Shown here: positions 11,513 to 24,197 of the stretch, one piece after another
Layout: every line of letters starts with the position of its first letter
How positions within the stretch are numbered: the stretch's first letter is position 1
NCBI RefSeq assembly: GCF_963921235.1
Contig: NC_086102.1
Coordinates: 162,626,001-162,690,000, forward strand
Reading direction: 5' to 3'
Length of the DNA: 64,000 nucleotides
Source: Mobula hypostoma
Taxonomy: Eukaryota
Translations under genes and position numbers: made by a program
The notes under the pieces: generated by a model
Seen by the model: the letters and a program-made list of their open reading frames with translations, nothing else
What the model was told of the DNA's origin: nothing
Database searches by the model: none

Positions 11513-13239
11513 AATGTTGTAATGCGAACAAAGTCACCAGAGAGACACTGAAGCTAGTGGATTTATATCTTCCTCTTCCTCCAGAGAGTGTCTTACTTTG
11601 TTGAATAATTACAAACATATCCCGGACAAGCCCCCAAATGTTGTAAATGCGACCAAAGTCTCTCTGGTGACTTTGTTCGCATTATAACATCTGGGGGCTT
11701 ATCCAGGATACGTTCATAATTATTCAACAAAGTGAGACACTCTCTGGAGGAAGAAGCCTGCTCAACCCAATATTACATGACTTGTTATGTGCTAAAGATC
11801 AAAGGACAATTCTATAGTTACCATGTATCTACAATGTTTCCTTTGAATTACATATGATTTTCACATTACCTTCTTTACAACCACACTCCAAATACCCAAA
11901 AAGAATGTTAATCAGCATTGTCTGTTTTTCAATTAATTGATGTTCACAGCGCTAGGAACTATTGTCCAGGGCTGCATTTTAAATTTAATCTACAATCCAT
12001 GTTCAGGTCTAAAGATAGGTTGCTGAAATTAATATTTGCCATATACCCTAATTCCAGAATGTTCCCTAAAACAAGCTAATCATTTCAAGTATTTTGGTTG
12101 CAGGAGGGTATCTCTAAATGCTATCCTGCATTGTGGAAAAAGGTCAAGATGTTTTTTATTGCCTTCCAACGTCATATTTAGTGGAGCGCTGTTTCAGTGC
12201 AGTCGCCAAACTTCTTTCAGAACAACAAAACATTCTACAAATTACTGAACGTGGGAATCTGAGACTCCTTCTGAGTGACATTCAGCCTGATGTTGAAAAG
12301 CTGATATCACTGCTCCAAGCCCACCTATCTCATTGAAAGATGAAATGGCAATGAAGCAGTGGATAGTTGGATTACTAATGTATGCTCTAAAATTGTTGAT
12401 GAAAATTGTTTTCATTGTAATTAAAAAAAGAAATAATTTTATTTGTAGCTTTAAATAGATTTAATAATTATTGCAATTATTGGTCATTGCTTTGAATTTG
12501 TAGTTCCTTATTTTTTTCACTGTGGATTGTAAATCAAAATCTTCATAGTTTTTATGTAATGGCCGAAAAGGGAAAAGAGGCAATGGGGTTATCGTCTGGG
12601 AGCTAAGGAAGTGGTAACCCATAAAGGTTTGGGAACCACTGCAAGGTACTGGGTGGTGTAAAGTCCTTCCTGTGTTACAAATGTTTGGACTCCCATAAGT
12701 AGAAAGGAGTTCCCAGAAAGTATTAATAAATTCAAACGAGAACCATCTTGCAGAAAAACCTGTTTACAAGTAACCTCTCCACAGTATGTCGATTGTCCAC
12801 TTTTCTCCATAGATGCTGCCTGATGTGCTTAGCCCCTCCAGCTTTTAATGTGTTGTAATCAGATACCATTGATTCTTAAAAACATAGTCAGTCAGAGTAT
12901 TTCTTTGGAAATTCACAAGCAATGGCCTGTGTTGAAATGTGCAACAATGCTCCATTAAGCTATAGAATATCCACTGATACTTTAAGCCCTTGAAAACCAG
13001 CCAATAAGGGTGGGGCATCTTGATTCTGTGCTACTGTAGCTATGTGGGGGAAGACAATAAATAAATGTCAGACTTGTGGGATCCTGCAAATTTGGAACCT
13101 TCAGCAAGTCTCAGTCCAGAACAGAAACTGTTTACTTCCCTGCATAGATGCTGCCAGACCTGTTGAGTTCCTCCTGCCTTTTCTTGTGTGGTGTTCAATA
13201 AATAAATGTTCATGTTAATTGGCTCACGTCAACGTTGGT

Positions 13240-13510
13240 GGAGGTATAGTTACTTAACCAACGATGTGTATTTCTGACATGGACAAAATCTGTAAAAATG
13301 GAACCCATTCATAACCAAGCAGTGGCATTCAAACATCTGAAACTTTGTGACATTTTTGGTTGATCTTGAGTGAAATACAAAACAAATTTCAAGTAACATA
13401 TAACTTATATCCGTTGATGTATCTAGTTGAGTAGATGAGAGGGAACTAATAGATGTAGTGTACTTGGATTTTATGAAGATTCTTGAAAAGGTCACATGCA
13501 AAAGATTGGA
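13240..13510 (+). mobile_element. Old CR1 RT remnant
   Basis: VDEGELIDVVYLDF-like motif at ~13430-13475. Confidence 0.55.
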
Positions 13511-16339
13511 GAAAGAAGAACAAAAGTGCTGAACACACTCGCGAACTGATGCTGCAGCTGTGGAAAGAGAATCCAGGCAACAATTTGGGTCAGTAGCCCT
13601 TCCTCAGAACTGGGGAAGAACTCAAAACTCGGAACCAGTTCTGAAGTACGCTTCACGACCTGAAGTGTTGACTAGTAGAGCAAAGGCATTGTGTTCCTAC
13701 CTCAATTCTGTGTGATAACCAGCGCTTAAGAAATGGTGAGTCTTACTGCATCTGGGTATTGGCCGCACCACCCGTGTCTCCCCTCCACGCCTCCTCGACC
13801 TCCACATTGATCACACTTACCCTGCCCCCATTTTGCCTCATTATTCATATTTTGCACTATTTATTCATTTTATAACATAGCAATTTCTATGTTTTACACT
13901 GTACTGCTGCCACAAAACAAGATTTCACAACGTCGGTGATAATCAGCTTGATGCTGATTCTGACGTCAGCTATGTGCCCTGCACTCCTCTGCACTGTTTC
14001 ACAATGGTGCAGTAACCCCAAACTTATCCTGGAGCCTCTGAAAGCAAGGTCACAGCAAGCATACAGAGGGACTAGGGAGATGCTGGACTTTTAAGGAGTT
14101 CCACAGAAATATTACTAAATTTACAAGAGAACCAATGTTGGAAAAAAACTTCACAAAGAACTACCCTGTTGTTATCAGATATCATTGTCGCTTAAAAACA
14201 CGGTTGTCATTTTCACAGCCAGGGGCCATTTATGTGAATTCCTCTGGAAATTCAGAGTAACACACACAAAATGCTGGAAGAAGTCAGCAGGTCAGGCAGC
14301 ACCAATGGAGAGGATAAACAATCAACTTTTTGGGCTGAGACCCTTCAACAGGATGCCTGGTGACATTCTTAAATTCTCTGCCCTGAAAGGTTGTGCAGAC
14401 AGCTCATTGGAAATATTTAAAGTGGCAGCGGATTAGTTTTGGAAGTGTGGAAAATTGGGGTCGTAGGGATATGGCACAGAAGAGAAGCTGACGCCTGGGA
14501 GAGGTTTGCCAAGATGATTTTGAGTAGAGGACATGGCAGAGAAGCCAGTGAACTTCTACTCTTATTTCATTGTACTAGGTCTCGGGAAAGATGCAAAGGT
14601 TTTTGTTGCGGTTCATCCCAGGAACACTGTGCTTTTCATGTTTTTCACAATAATATCAGCGGCTGCTGTGAAAGCATCTGCACAGTGAAAGGTCCCCTCT
14701 GTAGGTGCTGCAGACTGACAGATTCAAAGCCCTGAGGCAGCATGTCAATCTGAAATGTCAACTATTCCTTTCCCTGCCAACTTCCCCCACCCCCACAGAT
14801 GCTGCTGGACCTGCTGAATTCCTACAGTATTTTGGCTGTGGCTCCAGACTCCAGCATGCCTAGCAGTCTAAGGCCATGTGCTCGAGAACATACTGTACTT
14901 GGTTGCAGCCATTACAAGGCCTCTTTTGGAAAGAGCCACAGTTTAGGACTGTCACCACATCCATTTAAAGTTCAAAGTTGAAAGGACTATTTTGAGTTAG
15001 TGGTGGAGAGGAGGTCACTAATCAAACTGTCCATTATGGACAATCTGGCACATCCTCTCCATGACCTCCTGAATAAGCCCGCAGAGCACCTTTTTGAACA
15101 GGCTCATTCAGCTCCTCAGAATCCTTCCTACCTAATGCAATAAGCATATACAACAGGTAATCTCTATGCAACAGATGGACACACATCATGAGAACACAGG
15201 CTGCTCAACCGGAGTGGATAACTTCACTAGCCCTAACCCTGATCTGAGCCCACAATCTATGCACTCACTCCCAAGGACCCCACACCCGTATGTCCTCAAT
15301 ATCATTTATTTATTTATGTACTTATTATTTAGTTTTTTTCTTTTTTGTATTTGTATGATTTGTTGTTGTCTTTTGAGCATATGTTATTTGACCATCTTTG
15401 TTTCTGCATAGTTTTCCATTGATTCTACAGTATTGTGTTACCTTGCATTCACTGTGAAGATCTATGAGGAAACGAATCTCAGGGTAGTATGTTTTGAGGC
15501 TCTCTGTTGGTCGGGGGTTGACCATACATGTTACGGCCCAGCTGTCTGTGCAAGCCAGGGCAGTACGATATGGAGAGCAGGCTGTTGTAGTGGGCTCCCC
15601 TCTCCACGTAGCTGATGAACCCAAATGGAGCAGCAGAGACTGATACAATTTGGCACCAGTGGCAGCCAGTCAGTGCTGGCTGAGCTCAACTCACGGAGCC
15701 TTCCCTGTGAGTGCAGTGGAGGTTTGACTTCAGAGCTTTCCCTCTCCCAGATGACCTGCCAATCACGACTGATGAGCCCCATCTGCTCAAAGCAACATGT
15801 TTAAGGCACCAGCAACCCATCCTTGGCCCACCTCCTGTGAGTAGATATGGTTCTGCCGAGCCTACCCATGAAGGCCAGGGGTTGGACTTGGTTGTCAGAG
15901 GCTATTTGAGATCCACACTATTTAACCGGTAATGGGGGGGTTATCCCTACTACTAACCTTAAGGAAGTGGTGACGTATATGTACTTTGATAATAAATTTA
16001 CTTTGAACTTTGAAATTTGAACTTTGAAAGTGAGTCTGTAGGTCACAGCATCAGTTCAGAGTACTGGTGATTGAAATCCACAACAGTTAAGGAGTCAGAT
16101 GGTTCTAGGATTATAAATTTTCCAAACCTGTTTGTGTGGGACCTAAGACTTCTGTACCTCCTGTGAAAAACAGACATAGCCTGGATGGTTGAGCCTTTGA
16201 TGATGGATGCTGCTTTTCTGTGTCAGCACTCCTGCGTTAAAACCATGAACTATTTACGCTAGAGTTGTAAATGAGTGATAACCGAAGAAGCAATGGTGTT
16301 AAGTAACCAGAGAACATGTTTGTTGTGGAAGTATGACTA

Positions 16340-16640
16340 ATATTATTCCCAGGGCAGAAATGTCAAATTCCAGAGTGCATTGGTTTAAGGTACTAGGGGT
16401 AAAGTTTAAAGCAGATCAGTGGGTCAAGTTTCTTTTATAGACAAAGTGACAGGTGCCTGGAACATGCTGCCAAGGAATCGGCAGAAGCAGATATGGTAGC
16501 AAAATTTAAGAGGCATTTGGACAGATACTTGGACAGGCAGGGAATGGAAGGATATATAGCATATGCAGGCAGATGGGGTTTGTGTTTGGTGCTGGCATAG
16601 TGGGCTGCAGAGCCTGTTCCTGTACTGTACGTGCTGTAAA
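16340..16640 (+). mobile_element. CR1 3' end fragment
   Basis: WNMLP...FKRHLDRYLD-like tail and typical CR1 3' UTR. Confidence 0.7.
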
Positions 16641-17785
16641 GAATGTTGACCCAAATGTCTGCATTACACACTTCAACTTTTTATGAATGAGGTATATTTT
16701 GAAATAAATACCAGAGGTGATCTGACTACAAAAACATTCGTAGACAAGTGGTGTCCCCACAAAATTGTTCAGAGTATTCCCCAACCAGAAGTCCTGAGTG
16801 AATCATGAGATCTGCAGTCTGCTGAGGGCCAGAGCAGAGGCATCGGAAGACTGGCGACCAAGAAGGTTACAAGAGGACCAGGTATAATATCCAGAAAGCT
16901 ACCTCATGAGCAAAGTACCAATTCCAGACTAAACTAGAATTATTGTGTATGCCTGCAAGATAATGAACCTCAGGGTTGTATATAGTGATATATATGTACT
17001 TTGATAATAAACTTACTTTGAACTTTGATTAAAGTTGGTGATCAAGGAGCAGAACAGGACTGGCATAGATATCTCAGAAGATTCTTGGCTTGGAGAGATG
17101 TAGGAAGCGATGAATTCCTGGAAAGATCTCAAAGGCAGGGATGAGATATCAATCGCGGTTCTTTGTATGAGAACAGCAGCAATATCCGTCCAACAATACA
17201 TTGCTGAGCTCAGCTATGCTGAAAAGTTTAATCATACCTTTTGAAACCTTTTATCATTTGTTCAGCAGGAATATATCAATGCTGTCTTCTTCAACCCTTT
17301 GCCAACCCAGTCGTGAACTTTCTGATACCTTATTGTCTTTCTTTTCTGCATAATCCCTATTATCTGTAAACATTCTGATTGTAAAACAGTAGTTTTAGCC
17401 CAACGCCTATGAAAATTTCATCCAAAATTTCATTCAAAATCTTAATTTACCACAGATACCATATGACATATCATCTCAGCTCTTTGTTGTAAGTGGGTCT
17501 GTAAAATAAAATGTAATTTTAAATAAATTGTTACCTTGTTTCCTGATATCTACATGCTGCCCTCACTATCACTATGATTGTGGACCCAGAGGGTACAAGT
17601 TGACCACTCTCCATTGCACATCAATGGGTCTGCTGTGGAGAGTGAAGAGACAAGAAGATCCTTGGTGTGCACAGTCTAACCTGGTCCCAGAACACCTCCT
17701 CACTAGTCAAGCAGCATCTACACTTTCTGAGGAGATTGAGGTGTGAAAGGCTCCCTGTCCCCATTCTAACAACATTATACAGCAA

Positions 17786-17947
17786 ACACACATAAAAGCT
17801 GCTGGTGAACGCAGCAGGCCAGGCAGCATCTCTAGGAAGAAACGTCGACTGCACCTCTTCCTAGAGATGCTGCCTGGCCTGCTGCGTTCACCAGCAACTT
17901 TTATGTGTGTTGCTTGAATTTCCAGCATCTGCAGAATTCCTGTTGTT
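17786..17947. repeat. Head-to-head inverted Penelope terminal fragments (arms ~55 bp)
   Basis: acacacataaaag...ctctaggaaga pairs with tcttcctagag...cttttatgtgtgt. Confidence 0.8.
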
Positions 17948-18719
17948 AACATTATGCAGGATCTCCATTGAGGTTGATTTATTGTGTGGTACAGTAGCTG
18001 TAAGGCATTGAACCACAAAGCCCTACAGAGGATAGTAAAAACTGCTAAGAGGATCACTGGGGTCTCGCTTCCTTCCCCCCCACCCCTCCGATTTGTGACA
18101 TTTACTTGAAACGTTCCTGAGAAGGTAATGAAGCATCTGGGCTAAAACTGCCAGACTGGATAACAGTTTCTTCCCTCAGGCCGTGAGGCTAATGAATACT
18201 CTGAGGTCTTGTCACTAGGATAGCATGCTGTTTACCTGTGCTACACGCTATGTGCATTTTGAATTATATTTTATTGACTTACTTATGGCAATATTTTGGT
18301 TTATGCACTGTGTGTGATACATGTTTTGTAGATACACCTTGGTCCAGAGGAACGTTATTTCATTTGCTGGCTGAGGAGGAAGGATCGCAAACACCTGAGC
18401 TGCCTGAAATACCAGTGGCATAACAGGCAGTAACTAACCACGACAAACACCTGAAGGGCATATTGTTCAAAGAGGCTACTTCAGATAGATTGGTGCTTTG
18501 TGCATAGAATGTCCTAACTCAATGACACTATAAATGTACAGACTTCACAATATGATAAATGTATAGACTAGACAACAGTGTGAACATAAAGCAAGTCATG
18601 TACATGTACTGTTTATGTTTTTCATTTATGAATGAACTTTATTTCCAAAATATACAGTCCTCTGGTGCAGTTCATACCCATCCTTCCACTGCAAATAGTC
18701 TACTGTGTTGAGCAGGAAC

Positions 18720-19390
18720 CCAAAATCCTGGAATCAGATTTGGTGTCACTGAGTTAGATGGCATGAAATATGCTGTACAAAGCAAAGTCAAAAAATGACA
18801 ACAAATTACAAAAATGAATAGTACTAAATAAAAGAAATAGAGAAGTAGTATCATTGACTGCTTTGAAATCTCACAGAGGAGGGGAGAAGCTGCTCTTGAA
18901 TTATTGAGTGTGGGTTTTCTGGCTCCTTGACCTCCTTTCCAAAGGTAGCAAAGAGAAGAGGGCATATTCTAGATGCTGCAGGTCTTTCATGTTGGATGCT
19001 GCCTTCTTGAGGCACTACCTTTTGTAGATGTTCTCGATGGTGGGGGAGGGTTGTGGCCAAGACAGAGATGCAGCCCTCTGCAGCATCATGCAATCCTGCA
19101 CGTTGGTGTCTCCTTACCAAGTTGTGATGCAACCAGTCAAAATGCTCTCCACCATACACCTATATAAATTGATAAGAGTCTTTAGTGACATACCAAATCT
19201 CCTCAAGCTCCTAATGAAGTACAGGCACTGGTGTACCTCAGTCTTGATTGCATCATTGTAGATCCTCCAAGATGTTGATGCGCAGGAACTTGAAGCTGAT
19301 TACCTTTCCATCACCGAACCCTCAGTGAGGACTGATGTGTGTTCTCTCGACTTCCCCTTCCTGAAGTCCACAATCAATTCCTTGAGACTG
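18720..19390 (-). mobile_element. Rex1/Babar LINE 3' fragment
   Basis: Remnants of the ESILTGCITTWYG-type C-terminal region and the shared 3' tail. Confidence 0.7.
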
Positions 19391-19629
19391 GGCAGAAAAT
19401 TGCAGAAACCATGAAATGTACAGAGACCGAGCTCTGACAAGAACATTGCTTATTGGATCACGTTACAGGAGGGTGGCTGATTGAGAAGAATAGAAACATA
19501 ACAAAATAGGAGCTAGGGTAGTTTATTCAGCTACTCTAACCTGCCCCGTCATTCAATATGATCATGGCTGTTCCGCTCTAGGCCTCAACATTTTTGATTC
19601 TCATAGTCTTCAATTCCCTAACATTTTAA

Positions 19630-20432
19630 AAATAGCGGAACATGTGCCACACCTGCCGCTACTCCTCCTCCCTCACTACCATTCAGGGCCCCAAACAGTC
19701 CTCCCAGGTGAGGCAACATCTCACCTGTGAGTCTGTTGGGGTCACCTACTGCATCCGGTGCTGCTGGTGTGGCCTCCTGTAATTTGGTGAGACCCAACGT
19801 AGATTCGGATATTGCTTTGCCGAGCACCTACACTCAGTTTGCCAGAAAAAGCGGGATCTCCCTGTGGCCACTCATTTCAATTCAACTGCCCATTCCGACA
19901 TGTCGGTCTGTGGCTTCCTCTACAGCCGCGATGAGTCCACACTGAGGCTGGAGGAGCAACACCTTGTATTCTAGCTGGGTAGCCTTCAACCTGAAGGCAT
20001 GAACATCGATTTCTCACATTTCCGATAATGAACCCCCCCGCCCACCACCATTCCCCATCCCCTTTTCCCTCTCTCACCTTATCTCCTTACCTGCCCACCG
20101 TCTCCCTCTGCTGCTCCTCCCCTTCCCCTTCTTCCAGGGTCTTCTACCCTTATCAAATTACCCTTTCTCCAGACCTTTATCTCTTTCACCAAACAACTTG
20201 CCAGCTCTTTACTTCACCCCTCTCCCCTCCTAGTTTCACCTATCACTTGCTACCTTGCACATTTTCCTCCCCTCCATCCACCTTCTTGCACTGACTTCTG
20301 GTAATTTTTTTCCAGTCCTGCCAAAGGACCTCGGCCCGAAACATCGCCTGTTCACTCTTTTTCTTAGATGCTGCCTGGCCTGCTGAGTTCCTCCAGCATT
20401 TTGCGTGTGTTGCTTGGATTTCCAGCATCTGT
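19630..20432 (+). mobile_element. Penelope-like 3' end (GIY-YIG remnant plus pLTR)
   Basis: IQGPKQS, IGET-like and RLEEQHL motifs; degenerate hammerhead at ~20314-20350. Confidence 0.7.
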
Positions 20433-21299
20433 TGGGTTTACCTCCCCATTAAAAGCTGCTCTGCACATGAAACACAAGACACTGCAGAGTTGTGGACTGG
20501 GCTCAGTACATCGCAAAAACCAGCCTGCTGTCCATGGACTCTTGCTTATGTCAACCAACATAGTCAAAGATCCCACCCACCCTAGGTGTTCAATCTCTCC
20601 CCCTCCCATTACGAAGCCGATATGAAAACCTGAACGTACGTATTGCCAGGCTCAAGCACAGCTTCTATCACACTGTTGTCCGACTCTTGAAAGACCTCTT
20701 GCATGATAAGACTTATTGGGGCTCACTGTCTGCTTCAGTGTGATCTTGCACTTTATCATGTACCTGCACTGCACCTTTTTGGTGATTTTTACATTTTATT
20801 TTGCATTTTGATTATTTTACCTTAAAGAATGCACTATGTAATATGCTTTGATCTGTTTTAAGGGTATACAAGACAAGCTTTTCACCGTATCTTGGTACAT
20901 GTGGCAATAAAAACCAAATACCAAACACACCCAGTCATCCATAGTTCTTTGTAGTAGAGCATTCCAGAGATTCACTACTGTTTGCAAGAAAAAACTCCTA
21001 TAAACCTTTTTAAAAAAGATGATCGTCCTCTTTAAACCAGACAATTGTTTCATCCACTGATGCATTAACATTTTAAATGTTGGTACAATGACCTATTATT
21101 TATAAACAAAAAGGTGTTAATTGGTCACACAATAGACAGCAGATGCTGTCAGCTGGTGCAACACAAAAAAAATCAACTGGAATGTTAATTTTGTTAAACA
21201 GCTTTTAACTGGTGTGAAAGAAAAGTCAAATGGTCTGAAAAATTGCAAAACAACAGCAAACAACAGGAATTCTGCAGATGCTGGAAATTCAAGCAACAC

Positions 21300-21542
21300 A
21301 CATAAAAGTCGCTGGTGAACGCAGCAGGCCAGGCAGCAACTCTAGGAAGAGGTACAGTCGACGTTTTAGGCCGAGACCCTTCGTCAGGACTAACTGAAGG
21401 AAGAGTGAGTAAGGGAGTGAGTAAGATCTTACTCACTCTTCCTTCAGTTAGTCCTGACGAAGGGTCTCGGCCTGAAACGTCGACTGCACTTCTTCCTAGA
21501 GATGCTGCCTGGCCTGCTACGTTCACCGGCAACTTTTATGTG
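21300..21542. repeat. Near-perfect palindrome of two Penelope terminal fragments (arms ~115 bp)
   Basis: 21300-21413 is the reverse complement of ~21428-21542. Confidence 0.85.
21450..21485 (+). ncRNA. Minimal type I hammerhead ribozyme motif with intact core
   Basis: agtc-CTGACGA-agggtctcggcct-GAAA-cg-TC-gact: stem I agtc/gact, stem II hairpin, palindromic ACGT in place of stem III, GUC cleavage triplet. Confidence 0.75.
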
Positions 21543-21689
21543 AAAAATTGCAAGTTATTTTTGTGGGTAAATTTAACAAAGAAATCAGTTTTAAAAGTAT
21601 CTGTGCCATTCTTATCTTTTAAGCAGAAAAGAATCTGGGTTAAGGCTTTTCTCCTTTGGAAAAGCCGAGCCTGTTTTTGATGCTGAAGC

Positions 21690-23420
21690 AGGCCTGACCA
21701 TATTTAGTGAAACTCAGTTGTGTGAGATTGTCTCTGCTCATCTTGGATACTGCTTTGTTTGATGCCCTTTCGAAGTAGGTGGGAACCTCCGCCTGCAGCA
21801 GTGAGAGATTGAAGATATCCTTGAACGCTTCTTCCAGTTGGTTGGCACAGGTTTTCAGAGCCCTACCAGTTATTCAATCAGGGCCTGACACCTTGTGAGG
21901 ATTCACCCTCTTGAAAGACTTTCTGACATCGGACTCTGAGATAGAGTTCACAGGGTCACCAGATGCTGCAGGGATTCACACAAGTGTAGTTTTATTCTCC
22001 CTTTCGAAGCGTACATAAAAGGCATTGAGCTCTTCTGGGAGTGATGCATCACAGCCATTCACGATGTGATGTTTCACTTTGTAGGAAGTGAGGGCCTCCA
22101 ACCCCTGCTAGAGCTAATGTGTATCTGATTCCATCTCTAATCTCAATGAGAATTTTTTATCGCCCTTAAAATAGCCTTCTGTAGTTTGGAGCTGAACTTC
22201 TTGTATAGTTTTTGATCACTGGTCTTGAATGCCACAGATCTAGCCCTCAGCAGTTAATGAACCTCCTGGTTCTTCCATGGCTTTTGGTTTGGGTGTATCC
22301 ACTATGTTCCTGAAGGCACACACTCACCCTCCCAGGTCTTGATGGAGTCGGTAACAACTGTGGCGTATTAATTCAGATTTGAAGGTGAATCCTTGAATAT
22401 TGTCCAGTATGCTGACACACAAAGCTGTCATTTAAGCACTCCTCCACCTCCCTTGACAATGTCTTCATGCTCCTCACCCACTGGTGCTGTGGTCTTTAGT
22501 CTCTGCCTATTGTTTGGGAGCAGAAGTACAGTCAGGTGATTGGACTTCCTTTCCAAAGTGCAGCTGTGTGATGGTAGGGTAAGTGTTCTTGATGATGGTA
22601 TAACAGTGGTAATGTGTGTTCACTCCTCTGGTTCCACAGGAGGTACGTTGGTTGTAGTTGTTCAGAGACTTCTTCAAGCTGGCTTGGTTGAAATCTCCTG
22701 CAAAGATAGGGAGGGCATCAGGGTGCACAGCTTTGTGACTGCTGATTATGATACTTAGCTCAATTAGAGCCTGCCTGACATTGCCCTGAGGTGGAATGTA
22801 CACTGCCATCGGGATGATGGTGAGAAACTGCCTCGGCAGATAATAAGGAAGACATTTGAGCACTAGATGTTCTGGGTCAGGTGAACAGGACTGAGACAGA
22901 ACTGCCACGTCTGTGCACCACAATGAGTTAATCATGAAGTATACTCCCCCTCCTCTACCTGTAAGAGATTCTGCTGTCCTGTCTTTGCGATGGGTGGTGA
23001 AGGCCTCAGGCTGCAGCGATGAGTCTGAAATGGTGGGATGTGAGCCAAGTTTCTGTGAAGCAAAGTACACTGCAGTCCCTGATGTCCCTCTGGTACTCAA
23101 ATCTTGCTCTGTATTTTCAGTTTTATTTTCCAGAGACTGTATATTCTCAGCAGGATAGTTGGGAACGGTTTAAGGTAGACCGGCGTGCCGTCCCCAGTTC
23201 TTTTTTCTTAATGGGGAACTGCACTCGCAACCTGAGTCTGCTGCCTGCTGTTCGCTGATTTTTAAGTAATGATAGATATTTTAAACACCTTAAAACGATG
23301 CTGCTTACTGAAGTAGCCATGGCTGTGACTGGTTTTCAGCTGTAGTGGTCCTAACCGGGAATATTTGATGATCAGAGCTGCACACAGAGAGTTGTCACCT
23401 ACCAACACCGTCTTGCCAAA
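21690..23420 (-). mobile_element. Rex1/Babar LINE 5' portion with APE endonuclease
   Basis: ORF 22507-23100 contains DRTAES..GRGGGV, AVYIPPQ and AGDFNQA. Confidence 0.85.
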
Positions 23421-24197
23421 AAGCAGGATTTTCCTGGAGATCCTCCCGGTAGAGTGTCCCAAACTCAAAGTACATCACATCTTTAAATCCTTAAGACCAA
23501 AGGTAACAGCACGTGAAACAATGCAATTTCAATAGTTACAATAACTTCAATATTTAGGGTTGACAATGCTTCATTTGAATTACATATCTTCAATGGGAGA
23601 CACCACTGAATGTTCAATCAGCTTTGCTGGGATAAAGTAATCCACCCAGATGTTCTAAAAGCTTCTGGAGACAGACAGCCTAGACACTCAAAGTTAAAAT
23701 TGTGAGGGCTGTCTCTACGTGTACACAAATTTCCCAACTATTGATAGACCAACTATGCCTATGACCATGTTTGATGAAGGGTGTTGGCCTGAAACGTTGA
23801 CTGCTTGTTTCCCTCCCCTCACAGATGCTGCCTGACCTGCTGCGTTCTCCAGTATTTTGTGTGTGTTGCTCAGCAAGTGGTGGTCCTGTTTCCGTGATGC
23901 ATCTCTCTGTGACTCTGTGATACGTTTGGGTATGTGGCCAGGACTGGGGAGTGGTGCGCCTCACTGGGTGACCAGAGGAGGGAAGTAGTGTGGTGAGGTT
24001 TGTGCTAAGGGCCGCCCGAACGGTTTGGTGTGTGGGTGGAAACAAGGGCCAGAAACAGGGCCCAGGTTGAGACCAGGCTTGGGAAATGTCAATCATAGCA
24101 TAGCTAGGAACATGGGTGGGAAGGGGTGAGAAGCTGGGAGGGAGGGAATGGATAAGGAATGTGCCCTACTGAGGAACTGCGAAACTGGATTGATAGG

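Larger units (their letters stand above)
5797..12073 (-). mobile_element. ERV-like LTR retroelement, decayed, gag remnant only, no pol seen
   Basis: Diverged direct repeats at ~5797-6322 and 11515-12073 (TG...CA on the minus strand). PBS TGGGGGCTTGTCTGGGAT at 11495-11512. Polypurine tract AAGAGGAGGAAC at 6323-6334. Confidence 0.8.
3640..12641 (+). mobile_element. Fragmented hAT (Charlie/Buster, SCAND3/FAM200-like) DNA transposon split by nested insertions
   Basis: Colinear transposase pieces: NISLLIAKSGRLHTIGEELVLPA (~4230-4300), LQGNYVNPIK...YCAHLGELY (5536-5740), PTSYLVERCFSAV...GNLRLLLSDIQPDVEKL (12160-12336). Right TIR-like gggaaccactg at 12631-12641. The left end is approximate. Confidence 0.75.

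Noticed and set aside
17238-17363. Minus-strand exon-like segment
   Set aside because: Stops in all three frames before the donor; at best a terminal exon, and unsupported.
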